A DNA stretch of 32,000 nucleotides from Methanobacterium sp. MZD130B (GTDB taxonomy: Archaea; Methanobacteriota; Methanobacteria; Methanobacteriales; Methanobacteriaceae): positions 46,286-78,285 of the forward strand of contig NZ_JBLNNI010000012.1 in assembly GCF_047786645.1 (NCBI RefSeq), in the 5' to 3' direction. Every line of letters starts with the position of its first letter. Positions within the stretch are counted from its first letter, which is position 1. A model generated the notes under the pieces. That model was not told the DNA's origin. It searched no databases and saw only the letters and a list, made by a program, of their open reading frames with translations. A program made the position numbers and the translations under genes. Shown piece after piece: positions 1-12,719 of the stretch.

Positions 1-63
<63 letters not shown>

Positions 64-138
64 CTTTTAAAACCATCAATTAGCCTTTCTTTGTTATTAT
101 AATATTCTAAATCTTCTTTAGATCATTTCAAATCCCAT

Positions 139-213
<75 letters not shown>

Positions 214-408
214 GAATATTTTTATTACTATTTTTCATGGGCCATGTTGGAGATTAGAAGTTGCCATAATTAAATTATATGTTACTGGGTTTGGATTAAG
301 AATGGTATTGGACTTATTCATTTATTTAGCACATATTTCACTATCTCTGGGAATGTTCAGAATAAATTTGTTAATTTATTGTAATGGCGTAATGGCAGAT
401 TATATTTT

Positions 409-1227
409 TTAAAAGAATACAATAACCAGAACGTAGATCACCAATACTACAAAGAAGACGATGGTGCCTTTGGTTAAAATAGTGTTTAAATCCCGATCTG
501 ATAGGAGTACCAACCCATATGAGAGTGCTGCTGCGGTTAGTATTTTGTAAATCCCTAATGTGGCTGCATTTGTTCCTATGAAATAAGTTATCAATGATGA
601 CAGAAAATAGACGATAATAATTAAAGACACAGTGTTAGTAAGTAGGGGTTTTATTCCTGGGCTTGGCAATGAAAGGGTTTCAGACAATGATCCTCTTCTT
701 TTGGCCCTATTTAAAGTAACTTTGCTCCTACTAAAAAAACTAGATGAAGTTGGACTTGTTTTGGGAAATGATGAGGAAGTTTTTGAGGAGGGCTTGTAAA
801 TTTCTGTTACTCCACTTGCATCAGAATCATCATCTTGGTCATATACTTCAGCACCACTATACTCATTTTTCTGAGCTGAGAATTTCTTGGCTAAAACCAT
901 TAAACCATCTTTATCTATGGTTTTAATATTCCTACGGCTTGCATAGTTAATGGCGCTGTTGGTGAAGTATGAAGTCGTCACTACCACTATTTTTGAAGCC
1001 TTAAGGGTTTTTGCAACCATTTCCATTTCTTTCAAAACATCTAATCCAACTTCCCATCTATCATCATAGTTTTTACATGAAACCACAACTCCTATATCGC
1101 CTAAAACAGTGGGAAGAACTCCATATATGTCTATGATATGTCGAGAAGTCTGAAAGTTCCGGTAAACCTTAAAGCCAGATTCCTCCATTACCCTTGCCAT
1201 GAAATTTATTAATCTGTTTTTATCCAA
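409..1227 (-). CDS. Restriction-endonuclease-like (Mrr_cat-type) domain protein with Ser/Thr-rich linker and C-terminal transmembrane helices
   Basis: 272-aa ORF. The N-terminal ~115 aa show the Mrr/PD-(D/E)xK-like pattern (IIDIYGV ... GVVVSCKNY ... IVVVTTSYFT). A low-complexity S/T/K linker follows, then about three hydrophobic helices (LIIIVYFLSSLITYFIG, AALSYGLVLL, IVFFVVLVIYVLVIVFF). Confidence 0.6.
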   Translation of the reverse strand: MDKNRLINFMARVMEESGFKVYRNFQTSRHIIDIYGVLPTVLGDIGVVVSCKNYDDRWEVGLDVLKEMEMVAKTLKASKIVVVTTSYFTNSAINYASRRNIKTIDKDGLMVLAKKFSAQKNEYSGAEVYDQDDDSDASGVTEIYKPSSKTSSSFPKTSPTSSSFFSRSKVTLNRAKRRGSLSETLSLPSPGIKPLLTNTVSLIIIVYFLSSLITYFIGTNAATLGIYKILTAAALSYGLVLLSDRDLNTILTKGTIVFFVVLVIYVLVIVFF

Positions 1228-1296
1228 TTACCCCACCTTCGAACAGGGATGATTTAACATCAAATCATAATTTCAATATCTATTACATTATACTAA

Positions 1297-1331
<35 letters not shown>

Positions 1332-1391
1332 ATACGTAATCAGAAAGAATCACGCAAACTATTTAGAGGTGAAGATATATAATCTGCCTCT

Positions 1392-2168
<777 letters not shown>

Positions 2169-2364
2169 TACTTTTTTGATAACAATTTTTACCCCTTTAA
2201 AACTTTTAATTTGTACCTCAATCATATCTGTATTGGCACTGGTTATCAAAAATATCATTTATTTCCTAATCCCAAAATTTATTTCTAAGAATATTCAATA
2301 ATTATTAGCTACATATAAAAAAGTCTATAAATCAAAAGTTTGAATTCATTCCTAGAGGGATTTT

Positions 2365-2673
2365 ATGGTTGCTCGTGATTATAGGAACAGGATAATAGAA
2401 CAAGGATCTTTTGTTCAGTACGTTGGAACCAAAACAAGGGGGGTTGTTGATAAAATATCAACAAAAAACAGTGAAACATGGATTCGAATTAATTCTACGG
2501 GTCTTTTTTACCGTTCTGATTATTTGGTCTTGTTGGATCCAGAGGAGCAGCCCATTAAAAAATCAAAGATGACCAGTATTAAGGAAAAGGTAGTTCAATC
2601 TAAAAACTATCGTAAAATAGCTCCCACCGAGATATCTGATCATAATGATGGTCCAGGTTATGGTGGAGGATGA
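2365..2673 (+). CDS. Small conserved hypothetical protein (102 aa)
   Basis: Clean ORF with a GAGGG Shine-Dalgarno-like element 6 nt upstream of the ATG. Normal amino-acid composition. No motif I can assign. Confidence 0.55.
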   Translation: MVARDYRNRIIEQGSFVQYVGTKTRGVVDKISTKNSETWIRINSTGLFYRSDYLVLLDPEEQPIKKSKMTSIKEKVVQSKNYRKIAPTEISDHNDGPGYGGG

Positions 2674-2742
2674 ACAAGTTTTATAACAGAATTAAACTAG
2701 TTTTGAAGGATAATGCTTGTCTTTGTAAAAGTGCAATCCCCT

Positions 2743-2880
2743 TTCTACTGTAGAAATTATTATTCATTGAGTGATTGGATATATTTGCTTTCATCATTGT
2801 GGTTGCTGGATTTTTCTACTGTAGAATTTTATAATTGTTTTTTTTTAACAAACACAAAACATTGTTCTTCTACTGTAGAA
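2743..2880. repeat. Cluster of three perfect 13-bp palindromes TTCTACTGTAGAA (2743-2755, 2814-2826, 2868-2880)
   Basis: Read directly from the sequence. Arms are TTCTAC/GTAGAA around a central T. Start-to-start spacings are 71 and 54 bp. The cluster lies between the convergent 3' ends of the 2365-2673 (+) and 2931-3923 (-) genes. Confidence 0.9.
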
Positions 2881-2930
2881 AAAAAAGAAGAATTTCTTAC
2901 TTTATTAACCTCTAATCAGTTTAATTAGGT

Positions 2931-3923
2931 TTATAATACTTTAATCCCAAGTATATCCTTAGCACCTTCATAAATAGCCTTTGCAATCTGGGCACTTCCA
3001 ATCGAACCAGAAGTAGGGGGAATCATAACTACTTCGCCAATGTTTTCGATTTTATCTTTTAGATTACCGAAGAAATCAAATGGTTCGCGCATGGATCCCA
3101 CTGAACCAGTAAGAACCACTCCCTCAATTTCATTATGTGCAACTCCTGCTAAGCCATATATTTCCATGGTGATGGTCATTAGCATTGTTTCCAAGGCCAG
3201 TTCAGCCTTATGATCCCCTCCTTGGTATTTTTTCAGAAGAACATCCTTTGCTTTGGCCACTTTTTCATCAATACCTGCTACTTTAACTGCACCCGCGCGC
3301 GAAAAACACTCATTCGCAGTTCGCACACCTTCATCTATGTCACGAATCATTTTTAAATCTAAAGGGCCATGTATTATGCCCATAGAGCCTAGGCACGCAT
3401 CGACTGCTCCTTTGATAATCCCATTTTCAAGGAGAATGCTGACAGTGTTTGAACTAATATCTGACACAATAAAATTTTCATAACCAGTTTTTAGATGGGC
3501 ATTGTAGCAAATACTTACCTTTTCAGCACTGGCGTGATGTGAATATGCTTCACGAAAAAGAGGATCCATAGAAGGAGTACCTTGGTGAAGGCCAGGTATC
3601 AATACAGTGGGGATGCTTGAGTTTTCAATTTCATCATAAACAGTTGTACCTCCTCCTGTAACCTTCCCTGCACCCTCTATTGAAAGAATACCTCTATCTT
3701 TAACCTTATTTAAGGGTGTTATCTTAGTTATTCCATCACCCATGGCATAAGTGATAGCCATTAATTTGATTTTTTCAGTTTCAATCCGCTGTGATAGTTC
3801 TGCTAGAGCAGAAACTTCTCCTGATGAGAGTTCATCCCTTCCAATCTTAAAATGAGTGATGTTATCTTCTAAAATCGTAAAAGAAACACCAGTTGTGCCA
3901 TGGTCCATCCCCACAAATACCAT
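2931..3923 (-). CDS. Methanogenesis marker protein 12 (UPF0285 family, ASKHA/BadF-BcrA-like ATPase fold)
   Basis: 330 aa. N-terminal phosphate-1-like motif GMDHGTTG, plus later GGGTT and LTGSVG glycine motifs typical of the acetate/sugar kinase-Hsp70-actin fold. GGTGA SD upstream. Sits beside ilvC as in Methanobacteriales genomes. Confidence 0.7.
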   Translation of the reverse strand: MVFVGMDHGTTGVSFTILEDNITHFKIGRDELSSGEVSALAELSQRIETEKIKLMAITYAMGDGITKITPLNKVKDRGILSIEGAGKVTGGGTTVYDEIENSSIPTVLIPGLHQGTPSMDPLFREAYSHHASAEKVSICYNAHLKTGYENFIVSDISSNTVSILLENGIIKGAVDACLGSMGIIHGPLDLKMIRDIDEGVRTANECFSRAGAVKVAGIDEKVAKAKDVLLKKYQGGDHKAELALETMLMTITMEIYGLAGVAHNEIEGVVLTGSVGSMREPFDFFGNLKDKIENIGEVVMIPPTSGSIGSAQIAKAIYEGAKDILGIKVL

Positions 3924-4013
3924 TTAATTCACCAGCTGGGTAGGAAATTTTATTGTGTATTAGTTGATTATTTTCTAGAAAAAGAAAAATATAGGAATCC
4001 AAGGGAAAAATTT

Positions 4014-5000
4014 TTATTTTTCAAGACCGCAAAGTTTACGAAGTTTTTTTCCCTGTTTTTCAATTTCTAATTCGTTTTCAATGTCACGCATCCGATTCAG
4101 CTGCGGGCGACCGGCTTGGTTCTCAAGAGCCCATTCTTTGGCAAATTTGCCTGTTTGAATCTCTTTAAGTATTTGTTTCATTTCATTTCTAGATTTTTCA
4201 GTAATTATTCTATCTCTGCGGGTGAGTCCTCCGAATTCAGCGGTGTTACTCACATCATTCCACATACCAGCGAAGCCTTTTTGATAGATCAAGTCCACGA
4301 TAAGTTTAAGTTCGTGGCAAGTTTCAAAGTAGGCCAGTTCTGGCTGGTAACCGCCTTCAACAAGGGTTTGAAACCCTGCTTTTATTAGTTCAGTGGCTCC
4401 TCCACATAGAACTGCTTGTTCACCAAAAAGATCAGTTTCAGTTTCTTCTTTAAATGTTGTTTCTAGGACTCCTGCACGAGTAAGGCCACTTCCCTGTCCC
4501 ATGGCCAGGGCAACTTGTAGAGCATTTCCTGTGTAATCCTGTTCCACTGCTACCAGTCCAGGCACACCAAATCCATCTAAATACTGTTTGCGGACAGTCG
4601 AACCAGGCCCTTTGGGCGCTATCATGATTATGTCAACGTTTTTCGGTGGTTTTATATATTGAAAATGGATATTGTATCCGTGAGAGAAACTTATCGCGTT
4701 TCCCTGTTTAATCCCAGGTTGTATTGATTTTTTATATACTTGGCCTTGAATTTCATCAGGAATTAGTATATGAATTATATCAGCTTCTTTGGATGCTTCT
4801 TCCACAGTCATGACTGGCATATCATGTTCAATAGCCGTTTCCCAAGAGTCACCACCTTTACGGAGCCCTACAATAACATCTAATCCGCTTTCTGACATAT
4901 TTCGTGATTGTGCCATTCCTTGGCTACCATATCCGATAACTGCCACGGTTTTATCTTTTAATACATCCATATCCACATCTTTTTCGTAGTAAATTTTCAT
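4014..5000 (-). CDS. ilvC: Ketol-acid reductoisomerase
   Basis: 328 aa. NADP-binding [16 protein letters not shown] motif and class I KARI length. AGGTGA SD upstream. Confidence 0.95.
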   Translation of the reverse strand: MKIYYEKDVDMDVLKDKTVAVIGYGSQGMAQSRNMSESGLDVIVGLRKGGDSWETAIEHDMPVMTVEEASKEADIIHILIPDEIQGQVYKKSIQPGIKQGNAISFSHGYNIHFQYIKPPKNVDIIMIAPKGPGSTVRKQYLDGFGVPGLVAVEQDYTGNALQVALAMGQGSGLTRAGVLETTFKEETETDLFGEQAVLCGGATELIKAGFQTLVEGGYQPELAYFETCHELKLIVDLIYQKGFAGMWNDVSNTAEFGGLTRRDRIITEKSRNEMKQILKEIQTGKFAKEWALENQAGRPQLNRMRDIENELEIEKQGKKLRKLCGLEK

Positions 5001-5252
5001 ATAATATCACCTCTTTCAAAAATTAAAGGGAAATACAATGGGGATAATAAAAAATTTTTCTGCCCAAACCTCTATGTAAATAGTAGATGAAGTCCATTAA
5101 TAAAGTTTGTTTGATTTAACTTGGAAATCGAATCGAAAACATTTAAACGGCGTATTATTAAAAGGATTTAATATATTGGTTGGTTTCTTGTTTTTTTAAT
5201 TGTTAGTTCTACCTAATCACATATGAGCGTAGGATAACAAGTGGAAAATCCC

Positions 5253-5753
5253 TTAAATAGTTTTTGAACCTCTTGATATAGCCGTTGGTCCTGTTCTAGC
5301 AACCTCTTTAACGCCAAAACTCTTTAATAGGTCTATCAGGGCATCTATCTTTTCTGGGGCACCAGTAATCTCCAAAGTCAGATTTTCAGGCCCCACATCT
5401 ACTATTCTTCCCCTGAAGATGTTTGCATACTGAATAATTTCGGAACGGGCTCTTTCTGAGGTGGCATGTGTTTTGATCAAGCATAATTCCCGAGTCACAG
5501 TTACATCTGCATTCAAATCCCTAACTTTAATTACCTCAATGATCTTGTTGAGTTGTTTAGTTATCTGTTCTAGAACTTTATCATCACCAGTTGAAATAAT
5601 GGTCATGCGGGCCAAACCTTCCTGTTCAGACGGCCCTACGGTGATACTGTCAATATTAAATCCTCTGCGGGTGAATAGGCCAGCAACACGTTGAAGCACA
5701 CCTGGCCTGTGCATTACTATGGCGCTTATTATGTGACTTCTCAATTCGTCCAC
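5253..5753 (-). CDS. ilvN: Acetolactate synthase small (regulatory) subunit
   Basis: ACT-domain motif HRPGVLQRVAGLFTRRGFNIDSITVG. The ORF track extends to an ATG at 5801. I place the start at the in-frame GTG at 5753-5751 because it follows a strong GGAGGTGA SD and lies 1 nt after the ilvB stop (GATTAATGTG). Confidence 0.85.
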   Translation of the reverse strand: MDELRSHIISAIVMHRPGVLQRVAGLFTRRGFNIDSITVGPSEQEGLARMTIISTGDDKVLEQITKQLNKIIEVIKVRDLNADVTVTRELCLIKTHATSERARSEIIQYANIFRGRIVDVGPENLTLEITGAPEKIDALIDLLKSFGVKEVARTGPTAISRGSKTI

Positions 5754-5754
5754 A

Positions 5755-7491
<1,737 letters not shown>

Positions 7492-7724
7492 ATTAACACC
7501 GAATTGTGTTTATAATTCAAAAATCATGATTTTCACAATAAAAACATGACTTAATTTATCATATGCCGATTTTAATTTTCATGGTATATGTATTTTTTAG
7601 TATTTTTGTGTTTGATATCTTCAACTTTTTTATTTATTGAATTGATCTTATGACACATGAAAAAGACAGGAATATATGTGGTGTGAAATTAAAGATGTTT
7701 ACTCAAGATACATGGAGGATTAAT

Positions 7725-9035
7725 ATGAAGATTCTAGTGGTAGGAACTGGAGCAAGGGAACACGCAATTTGCCAAGCATTGCATGAAGAAGCCGACCTTT
7801 ATTCTTTAATGAGCAATCAAAACCCAGGTATTGCTCGTATATCTCAATTTAAAATTGGTAGTGAGATGGATATTCAAGGAGTCAAAAAATATGCTTTAGA
7901 CTCAAAGGTTGACATGGCTGTAATAGGGCCTGAAGCTCCTTTAGAACATGGGATTGTGGATGCTCTTCAAGAAGCAGGAATTCCTTGTGTTGGTCCCACA
8001 CAAGAAGCTGCCAAGATAGAAACCGACAAGGCTTTTATGAGAAACCTTTTTGTTAAACATAAAGTTCCTGGATCAATAGCATTTGGGGTTTTTGACAATG
8101 TAAGGGATGCTGAAGATTTTATCGACGATTTTGGAAAGGATGTGGTGGTAAAACCTGTGGGGCTAACTGGTGGTAAAGGCGTAAAAATAGTGGGAGAACA
8201 CTTAAAAAATTTAACAGACGCAAAATCTTATGCTAAAGATATTATAGACAACAAAATTGGGGGACATGCCAGTGTAGTTATTGAAGAACGTCTGGTGGGT
8301 GAAGAATTCACTGTACAAGCCTTAGTGGACGGTGAAAATTTAGTGCCAATGCCTGCAGTTCAAGACCACCCCCATGCCTTTGAAGGAGATCAGGGGCCTA
8401 TAACTGGTGGAATGGGTTCTTACTCCGAAACCAATGGTTTGTTGCCTTTTTTGGATCAGAAAAGTTATGATGCATCGGTTGAAGTGATGGAAAAAACTGT
8501 TAAGGCAGTCAAAAATGAAGTTGGGCCTTATAAGGGCGTTCTTTATGGTCAATTCATGCTTTGCAGTGATGGGCCACGTTTAGTAGAGTATAATGCACGT
8601 TTCGGTGATCCAGAGGCCATGAATGTTCTACCCATCTTGGAAACTAGCTTATTAGGACTTTTTCAAGGCGTGATTGATGGAAATATTAAAAAAGCTAAAT
8701 TCAAGCCTGAAGCTACCGTATGTAAGTATTTAGTGCCTAATGGATATCCTGATAGTGGGAAAGCGGGTCAACTTGTCCATGTAGATGAAGAAAAAATAGA
8801 AGCAGAAGGTGGCATGGTATTCTATGCCGCAGTTAATCAAAGAAATAACGAAGTTCTAACTACAAGTTCCAGAGCTTTGGCTGTGGTAACTACTGCAAAT
8901 GACTTGCAAGATGCAGAAGAACGATGTGAAAGGGCCACCAAACACGTGCACGGGGATTTGTATCATCGAAGTGACGTGGGAACTAAACAACTCATTGAGA
9001 AACGTATTCAGCATATGATTGAAATAAAAAAATAA
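7725..9035 (+). CDS. purD: Phosphoribosylamine--glycine ligase
   Basis: [16 protein letters not shown]-terminus and ATP-grasp body. The ORF track starts at 7650. The ATG at 7725 follows a GGAGGA SD and matches the family N-terminus. Confidence 0.9.
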   Translation: MKILVVGTGAREHAICQALHEEADLYSLMSNQNPGIARISQFKIGSEMDIQGVKKYALDSKVDMAVIGPEAPLEHGIVDALQEAGIPCVGPTQEAAKIETDKAFMRNLFVKHKVPGSIAFGVFDNVRDAEDFIDDFGKDVVVKPVGLTGGKGVKIVGEHLKNLTDAKSYAKDIIDNKIGGHASVVIEERLVGEEFTVQALVDGENLVPMPAVQDHPHAFEGDQGPITGGMGSYSETNGLLPFLDQKSYDASVEVMEKTVKAVKNEVGPYKGVLYGQFMLCSDGPRLVEYNARFGDPEAMNVLPILETSLLGLFQGVIDGNIKKAKFKPEATVCKYLVPNGYPDSGKAGQLVHVDEEKIEAEGGMVFYAAVNQRNNEVLTTSSRALAVVTTANDLQDAEERCERATKHVHGDLYHRSDVGTKQLIEKRIQHMIEIKK

Positions 9036-9458
9036 AATAAGTTCCATAAAAACAAGCATTTATCTATTTGGATGAATTCATACCAGATCTAAAGAATATC
9101 TGCTACTATACAATACATTAAACCCCAAAAAACAACTTACCTATGGAAATTCCCCTAAAAAATAATAGTTAAAACTAAGAAAAGTTCCATATCGGTTTCA
9201 AAGGAAATTCTATCAAATTTCGTGAATTATGGGATCGTTACCTTGAAAAAAATCATTAGAATACTAAAAAAACCACAACATGAAAAACAACTTCAATTAT
9301 CAGAAGAATAATAGTAGTCTAAATAGGCATGAAAATTAATTATGGGGTTTCACAAAATTTAAGTAAAAGCATTCCCAGATAGTTCAATTTCAATGATGCC
9401 CAGAATTCATATTTAATCAATTCGATGTAAAAAAATATAATAAATTAGGGATGAATCT

Positions 9459-10361
9459 ATGATGCACCTTTTATCAGCATTAGATGCTCGTAACAATGTA
9501 TGGGACATAATTTCAGAAGCTAAGGAGTTTAAACACGGAAATATTTCAAAAAAACCATTAAAAAATAAATCACTGGCCATGGTTTTTGAAAAAGCTTCTA
9601 CTCGAACGCGAATGTCCTTTGAAGTGGGTATGTATCAATTAGGGGGGCAACCGCTCTATTTGTCTGCTTCTGATCTTCAATTAGGTCGAGGAGAACTAAT
9701 TGAGGACACGGCCAAGGCAATGAGTCGTTACGTTGATGGGGTCATGATCAGGGCACATAAACATGATGATGTTCTTCAATTTGCAAGATATTCTGACGTA
9801 CCAGTCATTAACGGGTTAACTAATCTAGAACATCCTTGCCAAGCTTTTACAGATATTTTCACCATTAATGAACAAAAAAATACCCTTGACCTTCATATGA
9901 CATTTATGGGTGATGGGAACAATGTCTGTAATTCTTTATTATTGGCTGCGGCCATGGTAGGCATGGATGTCACTGTAGCATGTCCTAGCAACTATGAACC
10001 AGATCCAATTATTTTTAAGGACGCCAAGAAAGTAGCCAAAAAAACCGGTTCAGTACTAAAGATCACCGGTGATGTTCAAGACGCGGTAAAAGGTACAGAT
10101 GTGATATATACAGATGTGTGGGTAAGTATGGGCGATGAATCTGAAGAATCACAACGATTAGGTGATTTAAAGGATTATCAAGTTAACCAGGATATTTTAA
10201 ACTTGGCGCATCCTGATGCAATAGTTTTGCACTGCCTACCTGCTGTTCGTGATCAGGAAATAACTGAAGAAGTATTAAACGGACCCCAATCTGCTGTGTG
10301 GGATCAAGCTGAAAACCGCTTGCACGTTCAAAAAGCCATTATGAACTGGCTTATGGGGTAA
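9459..10361 (+). CDS. argF: Ornithine carbamoyltransferase
   Basis: 300 aa. Carbamoyl-phosphate motif STRTR, HPCQ, the ornithine-specific DVWVSMG, and HCLP. Confidence 0.9.
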   Translation: MMHLLSALDARNNVWDIISEAKEFKHGNISKKPLKNKSLAMVFEKASTRTRMSFEVGMYQLGGQPLYLSASDLQLGRGELIEDTAKAMSRYVDGVMIRAHKHDDVLQFARYSDVPVINGLTNLEHPCQAFTDIFTINEQKNTLDLHMTFMGDGNNVCNSLLLAAAMVGMDVTVACPSNYEPDPIIFKDAKKVAKKTGSVLKITGDVQDAVKGTDVIYTDVWVSMGDESEESQRLGDLKDYQVNQDILNLAHPDAIVLHCLPAVRDQEITEEVLNGPQSAVWDQAENRLHVQKAIMNWLMG

Positions 10362-10448
10362 ATATATTTTTAATAAATAGAAAAAGTAATTAGAAAAAAA
10401 CCAATACATTACAAGAAATCATATTTACATAGCTACCTTCAATACTAA

Positions 10449-12143
10449 TTACATTGAATCTGGTGATTCTATTCCTAATAAATCTAGGCAATTTCTGATG
10501 GTTATTCTGGATTTATCAACTAATAATAATCTTAAGATTTCTTTTTCAGAACCAATTACTGGCACGGATTTGTAGAATTTGTTGAAAGCTCCCGCCATTT
10601 CCATGGCGTATTGGGCTATTGGATGGACTCTAAGGTCTTTTGCTGAATTTTCCACAATACTCGTGAATTTAGCAATGGTTTTAAGGAGGTCAATTTCCAG
10701 TGTATTAAGATCAGAAAAATCCAGTGTATCGATTTCTACTGATAATTTGTCTTTTGCTGATGCATTTTCCAATAATTTGCATGCTCTAGCATGTGCATAT
10801 TGTATGGATGCACATCCTCTCTCAAAGCTCAATGCTTCATCCCATTTAAACACTAAATGTTTTTCTGGAGATAATCGGGCTATAAAGTAACGTATAGCTC
10901 CAATACCTATTTTTTCGGCGATTTCTTTAGATAGAGATTCGTTTAATTCTGGCCTTCTATCTTCTAATTCACTTTGCGCCCTTGCGAATGCTTCATCCAT
11001 TAACTGATCCACGCTGATAAATACTCCTTTCCTAGTGGACATAGATCCTTCAGGGAGAGTAATGAACTCATAAAAAATTACTTCTGGTGTTTTCCCTCCC
11101 AAAAATTCCAATGCAATTGTAAGTTGATCAATAGCCAGCTTATGGTCAGAACCAAGAACATCTACCACCCAATCCGCTTGTTCAGATTTTTGGAGGTGAT
11201 AAGCGAGATCTCGGGTGGTGTAAAGAGAAGTTCCATCTGAACGGGTGAGAATTAGTTCTTTTTCAATACCATAATCTGTAAGATCTAGGTAACTCACATC
11301 GTTATGGCTAATATGATCTTTCAGATTTTCCATAATTAGGTTCACCGAACCATCCCTGATAAACTGACTTTCCCAAACGAAACGGTCGTGGGTGATCTGA
11401 AGGCGATGTGATGTTTCTTTCACTCCTTCCAAACACTTGTTAACCACGTTTTTAAACATGAATTCCAATTTTTCCGGGTTTTCTTCTTCATAAGTTCTTA
11501 GAATCGCACTTACCTGATTTTTAACATCAGGATCTGCTTTTAATTCCTGGTTAACCTCGAAATAAAGTTTACCTATAGCTATATCTGATTTTTCATCAGG
11601 ATTCAGATGGTAATCCAAGTTTTGAAGGCCCCATACGATCATTGCAATCTGTCGCCCCATATCATTCACGTAGTATTGTGTTTCTACTTGGAAACCAGCT
11701 GCTTTAAGGATACGGGCCAAAGAATCACCAATTATTGCATTACGAATGTGGCCTATGTGTAAAGGGCCGTTAGGATTGGCAGAAGTGTGTTCAAGAATCA
11801 CTTTAGTGTTTTTATCTTCAAGTGAACCATAATTTTCTTGTACAGATTTTAAAACCAACTTAAAAAAAGTTTCATTATCTAAAAAGAAGTTTAGATATGG
11901 GCCTATGGATTCTACCTTTTTGAATGGAGATTCTACATTCAATACTTCTTTAATTCGCTTTGCAATGTCAACTGGGGAACTTTTTCGCTGGCTTGCTATT
12001 TGGAATGCCACTGAAGTGGCCAGATCACCCATATTGGGATTGGGGGGTTGTTCAAATGCGATATCTTCAATTACTTCCCATTCTAGGGATTTCAATGCCT
12101 TTTCAACTGAATTACGGGCATTTTTTTCCAGAATTCTGTACAT
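10449..12143 (-). CDS. argS: Arginine--tRNA ligase
   Basis: 564 aa. Class I HIGH motif ([12 protein letters not shown]) and an anticodon-binding C-terminal domain ending in M. AGGTGA SD. Confidence 0.95.
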   Translation of the reverse strand: MYRILEKNARNSVEKALKSLEWEVIEDIAFEQPPNPNMGDLATSVAFQIASQRKSSPVDIAKRIKEVLNVESPFKKVESIGPYLNFFLDNETFFKLVLKSVQENYGSLEDKNTKVILEHTSANPNGPLHIGHIRNAIIGDSLARILKAAGFQVETQYYVNDMGRQIAMIVWGLQNLDYHLNPDEKSDIAIGKLYFEVNQELKADPDVKNQVSAILRTYEEENPEKLEFMFKNVVNKCLEGVKETSHRLQITHDRFVWESQFIRDGSVNLIMENLKDHISHNDVSYLDLTDYGIEKELILTRSDGTSLYTTRDLAYHLQKSEQADWVVDVLGSDHKLAIDQLTIALEFLGGKTPEVIFYEFITLPEGSMSTRKGVFISVDQLMDEAFARAQSELEDRRPELNESLSKEIAEKIGIGAIRYFIARLSPEKHLVFKWDEALSFERGCASIQYAHARACKLLENASAKDKLSVEIDTLDFSDLNTLEIDLLKTIAKFTSIVENSAKDLRVHPIAQYAMEMAGAFNKFYKSVPVIGSEKEILRLLLVDKSRITIRNCLDLLGIESPDSM

Positions 12144-12224
12144 AACTTCACCTTAATGAGCTTAAATTCATGTAATAATAAGTTACTCTTTAGAATAAAT
12201 TATCAAAAATTATGTCTCTGTGGA

Positions 12225-12719
12225 TTAAAGTCCACGAATTAATAGGGTGATATAACCTATTTTAGGGATCACCAGTGGATGGTTCCCAATTGTAATTACT
12301 TTAGCTTTAACTTGGGCTCCTGAAACTAGTGCAGGGTCTGCATTAGAGTTATTATCTCCTTTGGTAATATAATATTTTTTTCCATCTGAACCTTGTTTTA
12401 TTCCAACAATTCGATGAATAACCGGTTCTGCAAACCAAGTAGCATCATATATTATAATGTCTCCTATTTTAAGATCTTCGGCATCCATCTCACTGAAACC
12501 CATGAAGTTTGTTTTTTCAATTATCACCACATCTCCACGATAGAAGACCGGTTCCATGCTCCCAGATACCACTACGTTAAGGTGTTGTGCCAGAATTAAT
12601 CCCAAAAGTATTATGGCAAGGTAACTAATTATTTCTCGCTCTGTAGCAATATCATTTTCTTCAGAGTAGTTTGAATTTTCATCAACCTTTCTTTGGCTTC
12701 CTGAACGCCTTTTGACCAT
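12225..12719 (-). CDS. Signal peptidase I, archaeal Sec11/S26B type
   Basis: N-terminal TM helix followed by the catalytic-serine motif SGSMEP, then RGD(V/I)VI and GDNN motifs. The start is set at ATG 12719-12717, preceded by a GGGTGG SD. It overlaps the ilvD stop by 1 nt (TAATG). The ORF track's TTG at 12731 is less likely. Confidence 0.8.
   Translation of the reverse strand: MVKRRSGSQRKVDENSNYSEENDIATEREIISYLAIILLGLILAQHLNVVVSGSMEPVFYRGDVVIIEKTNFMGFSEMDAEDLKIGDIIIYDATWFAEPVIHRIVGIKQGSDGKKYYITKGDNNSNADPALVSGAQVKAKVITIGNHPLVIPKIGYITLLIRGL

Noticed and set aside
2713-2928. 71-aa plus-strand ORF spanning the first palindrome cluster, and the idea that the cluster is a mini-CRISPR array
   Set aside because: The ORF has Cys/Phe/Leu/Tyr-rich composition and no SD, and exists only because each palindrome happens to read STVE in frame. 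A CRISPR array is rejected because the repeated unit is only 11-13 bp, spacings vary (54-84 bp), flanks do not extend the repeat, and no cas genes are present.
7650-7724. 25-codon N-terminal extension of purD given by the ORF track
   Set aside because: The family N-terminus ([14 protein letters not shown]) begins at 7725 and is preceded by GGAGGA. The extension has no counterpart in PurD proteins.
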